From assembly GCA_964016885.1 (NCBI GenBank), contig OZ024749.1, positions 8,866,001-8,930,000 on the forward strand: 64,000 nt of DNA. Reading direction: 5' to 3'. Numbering within the stretch: the first letter of the stretch is position 1; each line of letters starts with the position of its first letter. Source of the DNA: Eledone cirrhosa. Taxonomy: Eukaryota. This document shows, one piece after another, positions 26,328-39,803 of the stretch. Made by a program: the position numbers and the translations under genes. The notes beneath the pieces were generated by a model. It worked only from the letters and a program-made list of their open reading frames with translations, was not told where the DNA came from and ran no database searches.

Positions 26328-28600
26328 GCGGAATTCAACATTTCTCTCACTGATCATTTCTACGCATTTCTCCACAGAAAAATCCACGTCAATAGATGGA
26401 TACAGGGACACAACATCCATACTACCTATTATGCAGTTTGTTAGGTCCCTAGATCGGTTAGTCTCGCCGATTCTGCTGAGGAGGTCCTGTGACAGGGTCA
26501 CTGCTCGTTTTATGGTCTTTTCGAAGCCCATACAACGCTGGCACGTCCTTGTTCCAGGCCTGGAAGTTGTTGGCAGTCCTCTTGTTGGGCTGCATTACAT
26601 TTGTCCACATCATCATATGGGCATTGAGGGCTTTTTCCCTATCCTCATGCTCTTGTGGTGTTACTTCTCTTGTGTTAGTGATGTGGGATTGCATTGCCTG
26701 ATGTGGGGTTCAGTTCCGTGGGATTGATACCAGTGAGCTGGGACTCCTACTTAAACTTACCTATAGTAATAATTATCTAGATACATATGGCCTTAGCAAC
26801 CTGTGCCCTACAATACCAGCAAGAGGCAGACCACCTACCATTACCTCAATGGCCAAGAAAACCCACAGAGATAGATGGAACGGGTGGACCAGAGCCATAC
26901 GGACCCCTGAAAACCACGATGAACTAAAGAAAATGATTGCACATGCGGTGGAGGCCAGCATAAAATTAACCCTTAAGGAACACATGTTCAAATTTAATGG
27001 AAAAACATACTCCCAAGAGGAGGGAGCAGCCATTGGTGTTAGCATTGCAGGCGACATAGCTAACCTATTCATGGTATGGTGGGACAGTAGACTTAAACAT
27101 AAACTTAAAGAACAATTAGAAGACCCCTTAACCCTGATAATGTACTCCCGCTACGTTGATGATATAAACATCGTAGTAAAAACACCCCCACTAGAGAACA
27201 GTCAGGAATTAGAGAAAAACACAATGGAAAGCATCCAGTAAATAGCTAACTCCATCCACCAGAGTATTAGAGTTACTATAGACTACCCAAGCAAATACCC
27301 CAACCATCGATTACCTGTACTAGACACAGAGCTCTGGTTAGATACCATTAATAACAAAAAACAAACCCATGACTTCCAAATATCTGATCCACCGAAACTC
27401 AGCTGCTTCGGACCATACCAAAATCAACATAGTGATTGCGGATTTGGTACGAGTAATGAGAAACGTGTGCCGCATGGGCAACCCTAAAGAACTAGAGAGA
27501 CACATACAACACTTGATCCACCGTATGCAGTTCTCTGGTTACAATCAGAGAGATAAAATCAGAGTATATAGAGGAGCCAGAACCAAATGGAAAAAATGGT
27601 AAATAATGACACAAATGGGACCTGCCCCTTGTATAGGAGCAAATTTTGCAATAGAATAGAAAGAACTAGGAATAAGGCTAATAGAATAAACTCATGGTAT
27701 GATAGCAATAAATACCAGAGTGTAATGTTCATCGATACAACCCCTAGAGGTGAATTAGCTTACAAATTTAGAAGGGCCCTAAATAAACATAAACTCAATA
27801 TTAAGATAGTAGAAAGACCAGGTACCTCCATAAAAACACTTATTAGCAATACATACCCTTTTCAAAGACCTCCCTGTATAGATAAGAAATGTATAATCTG
27901 TAAATTAAGCCCCCATATTAACTCTAAAACTAGAAATGTAGTATATAGCATAAGATGTACTGAAGGATAATGTAGAGATAAAAATATAGTGTACATAGGT
28001 GAGACAGCTCGTAGTAAAAGGGGAACGGATAAATGAACACTCGCGAGACCTTCAAGATAGTAAAGAATCATCTGTACTCTACCAACATGCTAAAATAGAA
28101 CACAAGGGTAAATTAGAGAACATAGAAATAAAAATAGAATCTACACACAGAAAAAACGCAATGTTTAGACAAATCACAGAGGCAATAAACATAAATGAAC
28201 TCCAACCAAAATTAAATAGAAAACATGAATGGAACAGCAACATCACAACTTACAATTAAGGACAAAATGAAAACACACACGCACATAGAACAAACAACCA
28301 ACCAGTAACATGTAAATAAACAAATAAATAAACGAATATAAACACACACAGACACCCGGATGTAACACATGCGCAAACTAAGCACACAACACACACACAC
28401 AAACAAGATGGCGTAAGACAGAACAAAGGAGAGGCACAAAAACAAAGAAAAGAATCCCCAGTCATTGAAGAGGTCACAGAATGTGTGACAAAAGAACTTT
28501 GACAATATATAAACAATCATCTGGTTGTGGAACCAACCAACCAACTGGAAATTTATAAATTTATTATAATAAATTGAAATGAAAGCAACTGGTGCGTGTG
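26328..28600 (+). mobile_element. Penelope-like element (RT and GIY-YIG pseudogene) with 5' inversion
   Basis: Minus segment 26328-26707 encodes GSMDVVSLYPSID; plus segment encodes YSQEEGAAIG, YSRYVDDI, NVVYSIRC, YIGETARS, ERINEH, QITEAINI; stops and frameshifts present. Confidence 0.9.
28461..28503 (+). ncRNA. Decayed hammerhead in the 3' pLTR of the Penelope element
   Basis: GUCA-UUGAAGA-GGUCAC-agaaugu-GUGAC-AAAA-GAACU-U-UGAC; stems I and II intact, two core substitutions. Confidence 0.6.
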
Positions 28601-28637
28601 TTTCTTATTGGCAACATGAACCTCCCAAAGTATAACA

Positions 28638-28675
<38 letters not shown>

Positions 28676-28676
<1 letters not shown>

Positions 28677-29017
28677 GTAATAATAATAAATTCGAAGACT
28701 AAAATCCAAAGAGGGCTCGATAAGGATAAATATATATCAAATATATAAGAACCGTAGAGCAAATATTTATTAAAATAACAGATTAAAGTTTAAGCAAAGA
28801 ATCGCTGCTTTCACCCTTAACGGGATCTTCTGAAACTAACAAAGTCAATCTGTAAACGCAGAAGTGGATATTTCAAAAAACGTTGCAACCGGAGGAAGAC
28901 AGGAAGACGATACTTTGGTTCGTGGAAACGTTCCCTATGCAAATAAGTAATGGTATTTTTGAAATATCCACTTCTGCTTTTCCAGATAGACTTTGTTAGT
29001 TTCAGAAGATCCCGTTA
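28676..29017 (-). mobile_element. Second copy of family E with a different inverted duplication
   Basis: Near-identical to 14031-14290; inverted repeat 28818-28879/28956-29017. Confidence 0.75.
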
Positions 29018-29048
29018 TATATATATATAAATATATACATATATATAA

Positions 29049-29139
<91 letters not shown>

Positions 29140-29212
29140 CATGAATATTTCTTATATATGTACGCCCGTGGGTGTGTGCCCACATATTCATGCATGCACA
29201 TATATATATATA

Positions 29213-29501
29213 TACTATAAAGTATGTCCATAGAATCATTTGATAATATATATACACCATTTCCTCTCCCAATTAGCATAATTAACCACACAAAAATCAA
29301 TTAGACCAGGCTATAAGTTTAAAAGGCACCTATGAAGAAATAGTAGATAAATAAACGAGACCAATCTATTCGCGACCGACCGCCATAGAATATTTACCCA
29401 ACATTTCAATAGCACGTGGAAATCGATTAAATATCCGGTCAACCATACACAATTAGGTATAAAATTAAAGTTAGAAGAAAAAATGCATATACACATACCA
29501 G

Positions 29502-29505
<4 letters not shown>
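29213..29505 (-). mobile_element. Family A pLTR-like repeat
   Basis: Inverted homolog of 25875-26165. Confidence 0.65.
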
Positions 29506-29534
<29 letters not shown>

Positions 29535-29544
29535 TATATATAGT

Positions 29545-29748
29545 AATAATAATAATAATTGTTTTACTATTGGCACAACGTCAGCAATTACCCCAGTACA
29601 TTACTGGTACTTTATTTTATCGACCCCGTAAGGATGAAAGGCAAAGTGAACCTCGGCGGCATTTGAATTCACGCCATAAAAGGCCGTAACTTTATGCTGC
29701 AAAGCATGGCGTCCGACCTTCTAGTGATACTGCCAATCCCCCGCCCTT
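29545..29748 (-). mobile_element. SINE family 1
   Basis: Reverse-complement consensus. Confidence 0.8.
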
Positions 29749-29768
29749 ATAATAATAATAATAATAAT

Positions 29769-32700
29769 GATTTCATTTATTGGCCACAAGGGCCGACATA
29801 TAGGGGACAATACAAAAGACTGGGACCGTGGGGTTTTACAGAAAAATCGAGTAAACAATATGAAAAACAATAACAAAGTAACAAGAAAAATACAAGAAAA
29901 AGTCTCCAATAGGGGGGATGATCAACCAGGGTTCGCTCAGGTACCCCACCAATCATGAACGACCCGACGCTTCGAGAGCACCCTGGAAGGGCACCCCTCT
30001 CCTCCTCAAATTTACCCACCTACAGGCGCATGACCAGAGTAGGCCCGTCTGAGTCCGTCTGACAGCACTTCCGTACCTGTAGAGTTTATCTCGAACCGGC
30101 AGTGCCCCCCCCCCTCCCCGGTAGCACTGCTAAGGGAGGGATTTTTGGAAATTATCCATCGTCCCCGGCTCGAAAGTCCTCCGAAACAGACTGGTTAGTT
30201 CGACTTCGTCGACTCCCAGAGCCTCTCCGAGTGCCTCGTCGCACTTGCCCACCACTAATCCTCTATAGAACTCGAGAGTGGAAGTTCCACTGACCGCATT
30301 GTCCGCCTGGTAGAGGGCAGTGAGTGCCTGGCAACATTCCAGATTTCAGTCACCCAGTCCCGGTCTCTTATTAACCCAGGACTGCAGTTCAGTCAAAGAA
30401 ACGAGCTGTGGAAAGGCCCGTCAGACAAACGGAGACCACACCTGTTCACCGTTTAGGCAGAATATATGGAGATGCCGCAGCCTCAGCGCGTCTGCGCATC
30501 ATTAGCCACGGCATGCACAGCCCTCCGCGTAGAGGGTGCTGGCAGCAGATGGACCTCCTCACCAGCGTAACCTGACCCCTCCACAAAATTTGAAGAGGAG
30601 CCGTTCCAAGTTGGCGTGCGCGAACGGGAGCAAGGGACGACGGTCAGACGGTAATAGATGACGGTCGCCATGTTCGGAGAGAGGGCACCCTTCGCGGACC
30701 GATCGGGAGACCTGAAACAGTTCCGAGAGGTGGCCATTAATTTTGACCACCGAGCAGGTATCGCTGTTCTTTGCAGCGATCCAGCTTCCGAAGACGGGCC
30801 CGAAGCCAACCGCCTTGAGGACAGCTTCCAGGTACCGATGGTCGACCCTATCGAATGCTTTCGATTGATCTAAATTGAACAGAGCCCCACCGAGACCAGG
30901 TTAACACTCACCCTCTCTATGATGTATCGCATCAGGTGGAGGTTGTCGTGAGTGGACCTGGTTGGGATTGCGCAAGTTTGCACCTCCCCAACCAAATCCC
31001 CGACGACGTGCGCCAACCCCTTCGCTAACACCCTGGCCAAAATCTTAAAATCTGTGTTGAGCAGAGTTATGGGCCTGAAATTGTCTAATGTGTCCCTCTT
31101 GTTCTCGTCTTTCCTTATCAGCGTCACTACGCCCCGGCTCACAGAACTGGGAATGCTCACGTTCTGAGCCAGTTGCAATAGAGCGCTTCGAGGAGATTGG
31201 AGAATAAATCTGGCATATTTACGTAAAGCTCGTAGGGCAGACCATCCAAACCGAGTGACTTGCGCCTCATGCAGCCGACAAGGGCATCCTGAATCTCGGC
31301 TGAAGTAATCGGCCTTTCGCAGCGCCCAGCGTCGGCCGTCGAGAGTTGCAGCAAGCCATCGAGGTAGGAATTGAAGTCCGCCACCTTTTCTGACCCACCA
31401 CTTCCCCCGCCTTAGCTCTGTCAATGCAACCTTCGTGTTTCGCATTGAAGAAATGGTCTAATGCCATTCTCGCCGCTAGCACGTTAGTTGCAATGCCACT
31501 ACAAATAGACTCGTCTAACTTATCTACCAACTCCCCCTCCTTTCTATTTTTCTCTAACGCTACTTCTTTGCTAAACTCTATCGACATTACCCTAATCTCT
31601 CTTTTGAGAGCCCCCCCCCCCCCCCCACCATCTATTGTTTACGACTCCCACTGTCAACTTTTTCTTAACTAAATTGTTGACCTGGTTCCTGTAAGCCTTA
31701 CGTGCCGGAAATGACATGTTCAGCTTCCAGTAACCAGGTCCTAATCTACGCATCTTATCTAGGTCGACCATACAGATCACAAACTTGTGATCTGAATAGG
31801 CGACCGTTTTAAAACGTGGACAGCTTACACTATTTCTGTCTATTTTCCTAATGAATATCCTGTCTATATACGATCTAGATGACTCTATGCGGTTAGTCCA
31901 GGTCCACACTGGCGCATTAGGGAAATCTAGTCAGTACCTCTCAGACAGTTGGAACTGGCTGATCAGGTTCTTGAGGCTTTTGCACCCCCGCTCATATCGG
32001 ATACTCCCACACAGTCCCAGTGTGCGTCTAAGATGCCGTTCCAGTCCCCGCTAACCATAAAAGGCGAGACGTACCCAGAAAGGTTTCCAGGCGTCTAAAG
32101 AAGTCCGGCCGTCCTTCCCCAGTAAGGGCGTCGACCACATTCGTTATTGTTCACGTCCAGGACCACCAACTTCCCGCCCGGGTCCCGGAAGATCGACCTT
32201 ACCTCAAGATCCAGGCCTTTCCTTAACCACACTGCCACCCCACCTCCCTTTCCCGGCCGACTAACAGATGCAAAGATCTGATAATCGTCGAAAATGGGGC
32301 TAGTGCGCGCGCGTCGGAAATCCTGGTCTCGCTGACGGCAATTACATCCATTTCTAGAGACCTGAGGTCGTTGAGCAGGTGATCCTGCTTCCAAGACGAT
32401 CCCAGGCCTCAAACATTTAAACTTCCTACTCTTAATACGGCCATGTTGGCAGGTGAAAAGACAGGAGGAAACGTTTACTTACCTTCCGGGCTCTTGTGAT
32501 GGTCGGGTGGTTCGACCTCCATAGTTGGTGGGGTTTCTTTTGGGAACTCCTTTAAAAGTCTTGAAGTGGGTTTTACGTTCGGGGTTCCCACGTTCCGAGG
32601 AAAGCTGTCTCGTATCTCTTTGTATAAATCGAGCGACATTCGCACCAGAAACAAATCTTCCGGCACGCGAAATGTGCACGATTTAAAAATTCCCCCCTCT

Positions 32701-34658
32701 TTTTGTTTATTTTCACTTCGTGCTACGAGGGCCATCAGTTCCTCGTTGACCCTCCTGACGAGCAAAAAGTTTTGTATGTTTAGTTGGTGTGATTTTATTT
32801 GTTTGCGTGGCTGTGGTGGTGATGGTTTTGATGATGTTGTTTTGGTTGTGTCTGTGTTTGTTGTGAGTGCGGTGTCTGTGGTTTCAGATGTTTGTGTGTG
32901 TGTATTTGTTCTTGCGTGTGTTTAGGTTGTTTGCGTTTGGGGGATTCTGGTGATGGTGATAGTGGTGTTGATGTTGGTGTTATGGGAGAGATGTTTGCGT
33001 GGGTGGTGTCTACATATTTTATTGTGGGTGATTTTGTGCTTTGTTGAGGTTTTTTTTTCCTTTTTGTGTTTCCTTTTTTGTATTTTGGGGGATTTTGGTT
33101 TTCCCTCATCTTCACTACTGGTAGATGAGGGGTCTGTGACTGTAAGTGTACCTGTGTGTGTGTTTATGTTTTTATTGATGTGTGTATTTTGGGGGCGAGG
33201 GGGAATTTGGCAACTTTCCTCGTTTCCCCCCTGGGTGGTCAATGTTGGTGGTGGTCTTTCTATTGGTGTTGTTGTTGATGGTTTTGCCGGTGCTGGTGTT
33301 GGTTGTGGTCCTCCCCCCGGCGTCGGCAGGAGTGGAGCCCTTCGACTCCTTACATCTTTCAGGGCAGAAGGCTCGCAAATGGGTTTTTTCCCCACAAACA
33401 AAAGAATGCAGCCTTTTGCCCTCGGTCATAATATGAATGACCGTCCCATTCTGAAGGCGGATGTGGTCCTGGATTGTCTTCACATTCTCCTCGGACCTGA
33501 TCTGGAGAAGTATCTCCAGGTCAAGCCCGGACCAGTCCTCTCTGGCCGTTCTGGTTACTTCTATCGGGACGGTATCCGTCCCCTCCACAATCACACATCC
33601 CAGAAGCTACCACATGTCAAGTCCTGGTGGGATTCTGGGAATGCGGAGACGGGCCGTTCTTTTTCCCATGTGGGAGGGGTACATTATGACCTTGCTGGTT
33701 TTGCAAGGAGTCATAGCGTGTTTAATGACTTGAACAGCACCGAAATGGTGCCGTATTGTCTGCCTCTCGCTATGTATTCGGTGTCATCTCTGATGCACCT
33801 CAGCACGACTTCGACATCTGCTGTGGAATTAGAGCTGCCCTTTTGGTTTGTGCTGAGATGCATATATAATGCACCGTTCTGCGCTCCACTGCCTCAATAG
33901 CTTCTACCGGGACAGTTAAGTTGCCCAGGTTTGCTCTTGCTTGATGAGCTTCCAGGCCTGAGCCAACTTTTCATCTTTGTTTGAGAGGTCCATGTTGAAG
34001 CATGGCCTCTTTTTTGCGGCTGCCGCAGCGAAATTGTTCTTCTTGGTGTTGTTGGGGGTGCTGTTGTTGTTGTCGTTGTTCGTGTTGGTGTTGTTGTTAT
34101 TACTGTCGCTGTTATCATTGTTGTCTTTGGTGCCGCCGTTGTTCTCGGTGCAGTTGGTATTGTTGCTGTTGGTGTTGTCACTATTTGTTTTCATGTTAGT
34201 GGTGTTCATATTGTTGTTGAATTCGTCATTTCTTTTTGTTATCTGTATTTTTTTTGTCGCTGTTACTGTCATTTTTTTCAACATTAGAGTTCTCAGTGTT
34301 GTTATCATTGCTGTCTTTGTTCACATTGTTTGTGGTGGTGTTTGTTGTATCAATTTCTGTTAATTTCGCCGTAGCGCTCCTCTCAACTTTTACGTCATTG
34401 TCGCACGACAGCAGAAATATCGCCGGGGGGCGTGGCTCAACCATGTTTTTTTTTTTGTTTTTTTTTCGATAATTTTTTTAAATTGTAAAAGAGTTCAAAT
34501 ATTTGGGCCAAAAGGACCAAATATTATTCTTTCCCCTTCACGGGTCAAAGTCCAAGGGCTTGTATGCCTTACACAACAACAAAAAATTCAATAAATAAGT
34601 TTTGACAGGTAAATAAATAAACTTACGAGAGCGGGCAAAAAGACGTCCGTTCAGACTC
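29769..34658 (-). mobile_element. Near-full-length degenerate L1/Tx1-type LINE (ORF1 with zinc knuckle; ORF2 APE endonuclease and RT)
   Basis: FVCGEKTHLRAFC knuckle; GGGVAVWL, WTW.N...SYIDRI, SDH, GYWKLN (APE); GLDGLPYELY, NFRPITLLNTDFKILA, VREGCPLS (RT); (TAA)n both sides; many frameshifts and deletions. Confidence 0.9.
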
Positions 34659-34659
34659 A

Positions 34660-34802
34660 ATAATAATAATTGTTTCTACAATAAGCACAAGGCCAGCAAT
34701 TTTGGCGGAGGGGGAAGTCGATTGAATCGATTCCAGTGCGTGACTGGTACTTTATTTTATCGACCCCGTAAGGATGAAAGGCAAAGTTAACCTCGGCGGG
34801 AT
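34660..34802 (-). mobile_element. 5'-truncated SINE family 1 variant
   Basis: Central domain and tail in reverse complement. Confidence 0.75.
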
Positions 34803-35399
34803 TAATAATAATAGTAATAATTTATATTTGATTTCTTTGTCTCACGATTCAATTTCCACATTATAACACATCTTGACGTAAATTTCGAGTTGTAAAACAA
34901 AGAAATTCAGTTAAGACAAACGGCGCTCTTCAGAAGATAGAAAAATATATATAAATTAAACACTGTCTCCCCCTTTCATACAGAACGGTAGCTGGCTCGA
35001 CTTTGATGAGAAATTTGTATTGTTGCTCCAAAATAGAGATAGACATATGAATATACGTATTTTATATTGAATAATATACAGGGTGTTTATGAAAACACAT
35101 TTTGAAGGTTTCTCGTTATGAATTGTTAAGGTTGTGATCATCGTCACATACACCAGCCTCAGCTAAAACAGGGCGAAGTAATCGACGCATTTCTAGTTCA
35201 TTAGCTGTTATCAAGATTACATATCTCCCCGTCTTTGTTGAGGCTAATGTAAGCTTCAATCTTATAGATTCCAACCTATATCTATGAGCTGATGACTTGT
35301 ATGTACACTATGTACTTGGCTATAAAGAATGACTTGGGGCCATTCACATACGGGATTGATTTTTAGTTCTAATTATTCACATGTGTAGTTGAGACGGTC

Positions 35400-35742
35400 A
35401 AAATCATTGTACGGCCATATTTGTAATAAATATATTCGCACACACTCTGTGGCATATCACGTTCTTTCACCAGGTCTTTGTTGAATGCGGGTTGTTGTTC
35501 TTTCATGTGATTTCAGGTGATTAACGTATCCAGCTTTTAAGAGGAGTACACGTTGACAGAATTTGTATGTCCAGCTACTGATGTTTTCATCAAGACTGTA
35601 AACACTGCCCTTCCGGAGCTGGCCATTTATTTGTTTATGTTCTAGGTGACATTTTTCAAACGTTTTACACACGGCCCCTTATGCCCTTTCTCCACTCAGC
35701 CCTATTTAAAGCTATCTTTTCTCAGTTGTCTATATCAAATGC
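35400..35742 (-). mobile_element. RTE-type LINE ORF2 C-terminal fragment
   Basis: ALNRAEWRKGI...FEKCHLEH...FCQRVLLLKAGYVNHLKSH. Confidence 0.65.
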
Positions 35743-35744
35743 CA

Positions 35745-36070
35745 TACATACATACATACATGATGGGATCCCCCTATTTATCGAGTATGGCCATTGCCCA
35801 ATTAAAACAAAATTAAGGGTGCTGCGATCGAATGTGGTTTTTTAGCCCAGCCAATGATCTAAAATATCTTGCACAGAGTTTGCAACCATGATAAAAACAT
35901 TCACTGGCAATAGCCGGCTGTGGTTGGTCTTCGTGTACGAGTGCATGTCATTTGAGCCCTCCTGCTGATCTACACTCTCTTCCACATGCCTGACAGGTAT
36001 GATGAGTAGCATCTCCGACAGCAGTCTGGTAGTCAACCACTGGTCTCACTTTATGACTGCGAAGATGAAT
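35745..36070 (-). mobile_element. RTE-type LINE 3' end with C2H2 fingers and (ATGT)n tail
   Basis: CQACGRECRSAGGLK.H and CKLCARYFRSLAGLKNHIRSQH; 3' tggccatactcga...catgtatgtatg. Confidence 0.7.
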
Positions 36071-36124
36071 TACATACATAAATACATACATACATATACA
36101 TAAATACACACATACATACATATA

Positions 36125-36570
36125 CATACATACATACATACATACATACATACATACATACATACATACATACATACATACATACATACATACATACATA
36201 CATGGTGGTGGCTGCCAACTCGTTTTCGAGTACGGCCACTACTTTATATCCATGTAGGAGAACCCCTACCGATGCGCTGAACGAGTGTGACTTTTTAGTC
36301 CAGCCAGCGACTTGAAAACTCTGGTACAAACACTACACTTGTGACAATTATTGACACATAGTGCTGGGCCCATGGTACCATGTGAGGACAAGTGCAGAGA
36401 GATCTCCAGATATAAAGCAATGCCTGTGCCGTGAAGCTTTTATAGTGAGCAAAGGCACTGCACAAAGCCAGTCCCACTCTCTTAACCAAGATGATATGTA
36501 CCAAAAAGAAGAACAAGTCAACATCATTGGATACCATCAGGGTTGCAGGTGTTATATCAGAGTTTTCCTT
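36125..36570 (-). mobile_element. RTE-type LINE 3' end with (ATGT)n tail
   Basis: [22 protein letters not shown]; 3' stem-loop gtggccgtactcgaaaacgagttggcagccac; near-identical copy at 48160-48480. Confidence 0.7.
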
Positions 36571-36667
36571 CATACATACATACATACATATGTATATATA
36601 TACAAGCTTACCTACTATGCATATTCAATCAATCTGAATGACACATGCATACATACACACATATCTG

Positions 36668-36722
<55 letters not shown>

Positions 36723-36794
36723 ATCTGTATATATATATATATATATAGTACATGTATACATGTGTACACAACCATACATACATATATACATACA

Positions 36795-37182
36795 TAGGAA
36801 ATTACAAGTACAATCCATTAATGGAACAGTAAAAATATGTAAAACATTCCAAAAGTTTTGCATCTAATAACTGCATATACACATGAACAGATACAAAGCA
36901 TATACACATGCACACATACAACTCAAAACATACACATCCACACATACAATAACATCCATACCTGCACATGCAGACATACAATTCTACCTAGTTGATGTTG
37001 TGTAAATTCCAATGAGAGAGTCTTGTGTCTATGTTAGAAACCGACTCTCTCTCTATTAGTAAAACTTTGTGAAATTATAAAACCAGAAGAACATACATAC
37101 ATACATACATACATACATACATACATACATACATACATACATACATACATACATACATACATACATACATACATACATACAT
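36795..37182 (+). mobile_element. Short 3' fragment of the (CATA)n-associated RLE LINE with tail
   Basis: RKLQVQSINGTVKICKTFQKF and 3' UTR matching 38933-39241. Confidence 0.85.
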
Positions 37183-37186
37183 ACTC

Positions 37187-39329
37187 TTGGATGATAGAAG
37201 CCTCCAGCTTGCTAAAGTCCCAGACATTATTGTCAGAGCCATAGAGAGGCTGTCTTCTTCTTGGGCTACTATCCTAAGGTTAAAGACAGAGAGGGAGGAC
37301 TCTATTTTCACTGATAAAATAAAATATTGCAGGGATATATTTCAGGGGGACAGTCTCTCTATGATATTATTCATCTTGTCATTAAACCCCTTGTCCTTTC
37401 TGCTCAAGAAATGTGAAGGATACATCATTGGCTCACAGGAGGACAGAAATACGAACCTAACCCATAACTTCTTTGTGGACGATCTGAAACTTTGTGCCAA
37501 GAACATGGATGGGATGAAGAAAAATCTTGACCTGGTTACAACGTTCTCAAAAGATATAGGAATGGAGTTTGGCCAAGATAAATGCTCATACATGACTGTA
37601 AAGCGGGGGAAAACAACAACCCAATCTAGCAACATTGTCGAACTGCTACAGATACCTGGGGATAGATGAGAACATATTCTATAATGGTATCTGTAATAAA
37701 GAACGCGTAACCAGGGATTACTACACCTGATTAAGAAAGATCTGGTCATCGGAACTCTCTGCGCAAAACAAAACAGTGGCTGACAATGTGTATGCTGTGC
37801 CTGTCCTAACACCAACATTTGGAATACTCAATTGGACGATAGACGAAATCCGAGCCGTTGATGTTGGAACTCGAAAAATACTGAACAACACCGGAAACTT
37901 CCACATCAACAGTGACATAGACCGCCTTTACTTGAAACGTAAGCAGGGAGGCAGAGGCCTAACATCAGTCCAGACAACATTTGAATGTCGCATCATATCT
38001 CTCCGACAACATCTACGAACCTCGAAGCGTAGGAGCCCGCTTCTCGGGCAAGTGTATCTGCATGAAACAGATAAGATCATGAGAGTTGGGAAGGAACTCC
38101 TTGAGAGATATTCCATGTGTGATAATCAAAAACTCACACCCAGGGATGTCGCTCAGCAGTATCGCAGTGAATCCATGGATGAAAAACTGCATGCCTATCA
38201 GCAAAAAATCATGCATGGATATGTTGCCAGGAAGTTCCAGAGTGAGAGTAATATAGATAAGGAAAGTAGCCTATCTTGGACCAACAACTGCTATATTGGC
38301 TCCCACTTTGAAGGATACGCTTTTGCGATCCAAGAACAGGAAATTAGCTCGAAATACCAGATTCACAAAAGAGATAGGGATGCAGGCAAAACACCTAGAT
38401 GTGATAACAAGTGCAGACTCTGCAGAACTAACATCGAGGATATCACCCATGTCATCAGCAGCTGCCCAAAGATGTCATCGCGGTACTATCTACCTATGAG
38501 GCATGATGTAGTGGCCAAAACACTGTACAATGCAGTTCGTAAAAAAGATAGCCCCGATAATAAACACATTAAAAGCTACAACAATGTGGAAGACATCCAT
38601 GTACATAATATGAAAGAGTACTGGTGGAATGTTCCAGTAAAAACCCCAATAAAATGCAGGCATAACAGACCAGATATTATGATATGGGACAGGGAGAAGA
38701 AAACATGCACAGTAGTGGAAATTAGCTGCCCAGCAGATGCCAATATAATATCAAAGATTAGTGAAAAGGAGAATATTTATGCAGAACTGATGAGAAATCT
38801 GCAGATACTCCACCCTGATTACACCTTCAGATTTATGCCTGTGATTATTGGGGCACTGGGAAATGTTAGTAACTGCCTCAATACAAATCTTGAGAAGCTA
38901 GGCTTCACAGGAACAGAAATAACACAACTAGTTAGGAAATTACAAGTACAATCCATTAATGGAACAGTAAAAATATGTAAAACATTCCAAAAATTTTGCA
39001 TGTAATAACTGCATATACACATGTACAGATACAAAGCATATACACATGAACACATACAACTCAAAACATACACATCCACACATACAATAACATCCATATC
39101 TACACATGCATGCATGCAGACATACATACATATCTACCTAGTTGATGTTGTGTAAATTCCAATGAGAGAGTCTTGTGTCTATGTTAGAAACCGACTCTCT
39201 CTCTATTGGTAAAACTTTGTGAAATTATAAAACCAGAAGAACATACATACATACATACATACATACATACATACATACATACATACATACATACATACAT
39301 ACATACATACATACATACATACATACATA
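37187..39329 (+). mobile_element. 5'-truncated R4/Dong-like LINE (RT, CCHC, restriction-like endonuclease) in (CATA)n
   Basis: IFQGDSLS, FFVDDLK, RLYLKRKQGGRGL, CRLC...HVISSC, RHD, RPD..VEISCP; ORF 37776-39005; (ACAT)n on both sides. Confidence 0.92.
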
Positions 39330-39803
39330 AGTGATGCCTGGAAACCCTGACTTGACTGGTTGTGAAATTGCTGTCGAGTTAAGGTTAATATATTATGAGG
39401 GGAAGAGTATATAGTTAATGTGTGGTAAAGACAATCTACACAAGCAAATATTGGAAGTTAGAGTAAATAATGAAATAAATATGAGCGGTCATATAATCTT
39501 CTTTTTTAAGATAAAGCTGCTTTAACGATATATATTATAAAGAGCGAACATTATTTTTATATACCTGAGGATATTTTGGAGCAAAGTAATTAAATCTATT
39601 CAGTTGTAACATTTAATTAATGACGAAAAATCTTATAATATTAAAATGAATATGATGTTTTGAGCCTGTAAAATGAAATTAACTTCGTGTTTTTATAAAA
39701 GACATTGTCTTTATAGAATAATATATGTTTTGGTTTTTTTCTTTTCTGAAAGGTAAATGTTGTGAAAGAATGGCAACTCGACAACACAAAGTTTTGCATA
39801 TTG

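Noticed and set aside
35820-36360. Host C2H2 zinc-finger gene exons
   Set aside because: The fingers lie directly before RTE-type 3' stem-loops and (ATGT)n tails, recur at 48160-48480 and are frameshifted
39155-39210. Hammerhead in the RLE LINE 3' UTR (CCAAUGA...GAAA)
   Set aside because: All copies have CCAAUGA and the pairing forms a simple hairpin, not the three-stem geometry
36795-39329. LTR retrotransposon (long direct repeats 36795-37182 and 38933-39329)
   Set aside because: The repeats are two 3' ends of the same non-LTR element, including coding sequence and tail; no TG...CA ends, PBS or integrase
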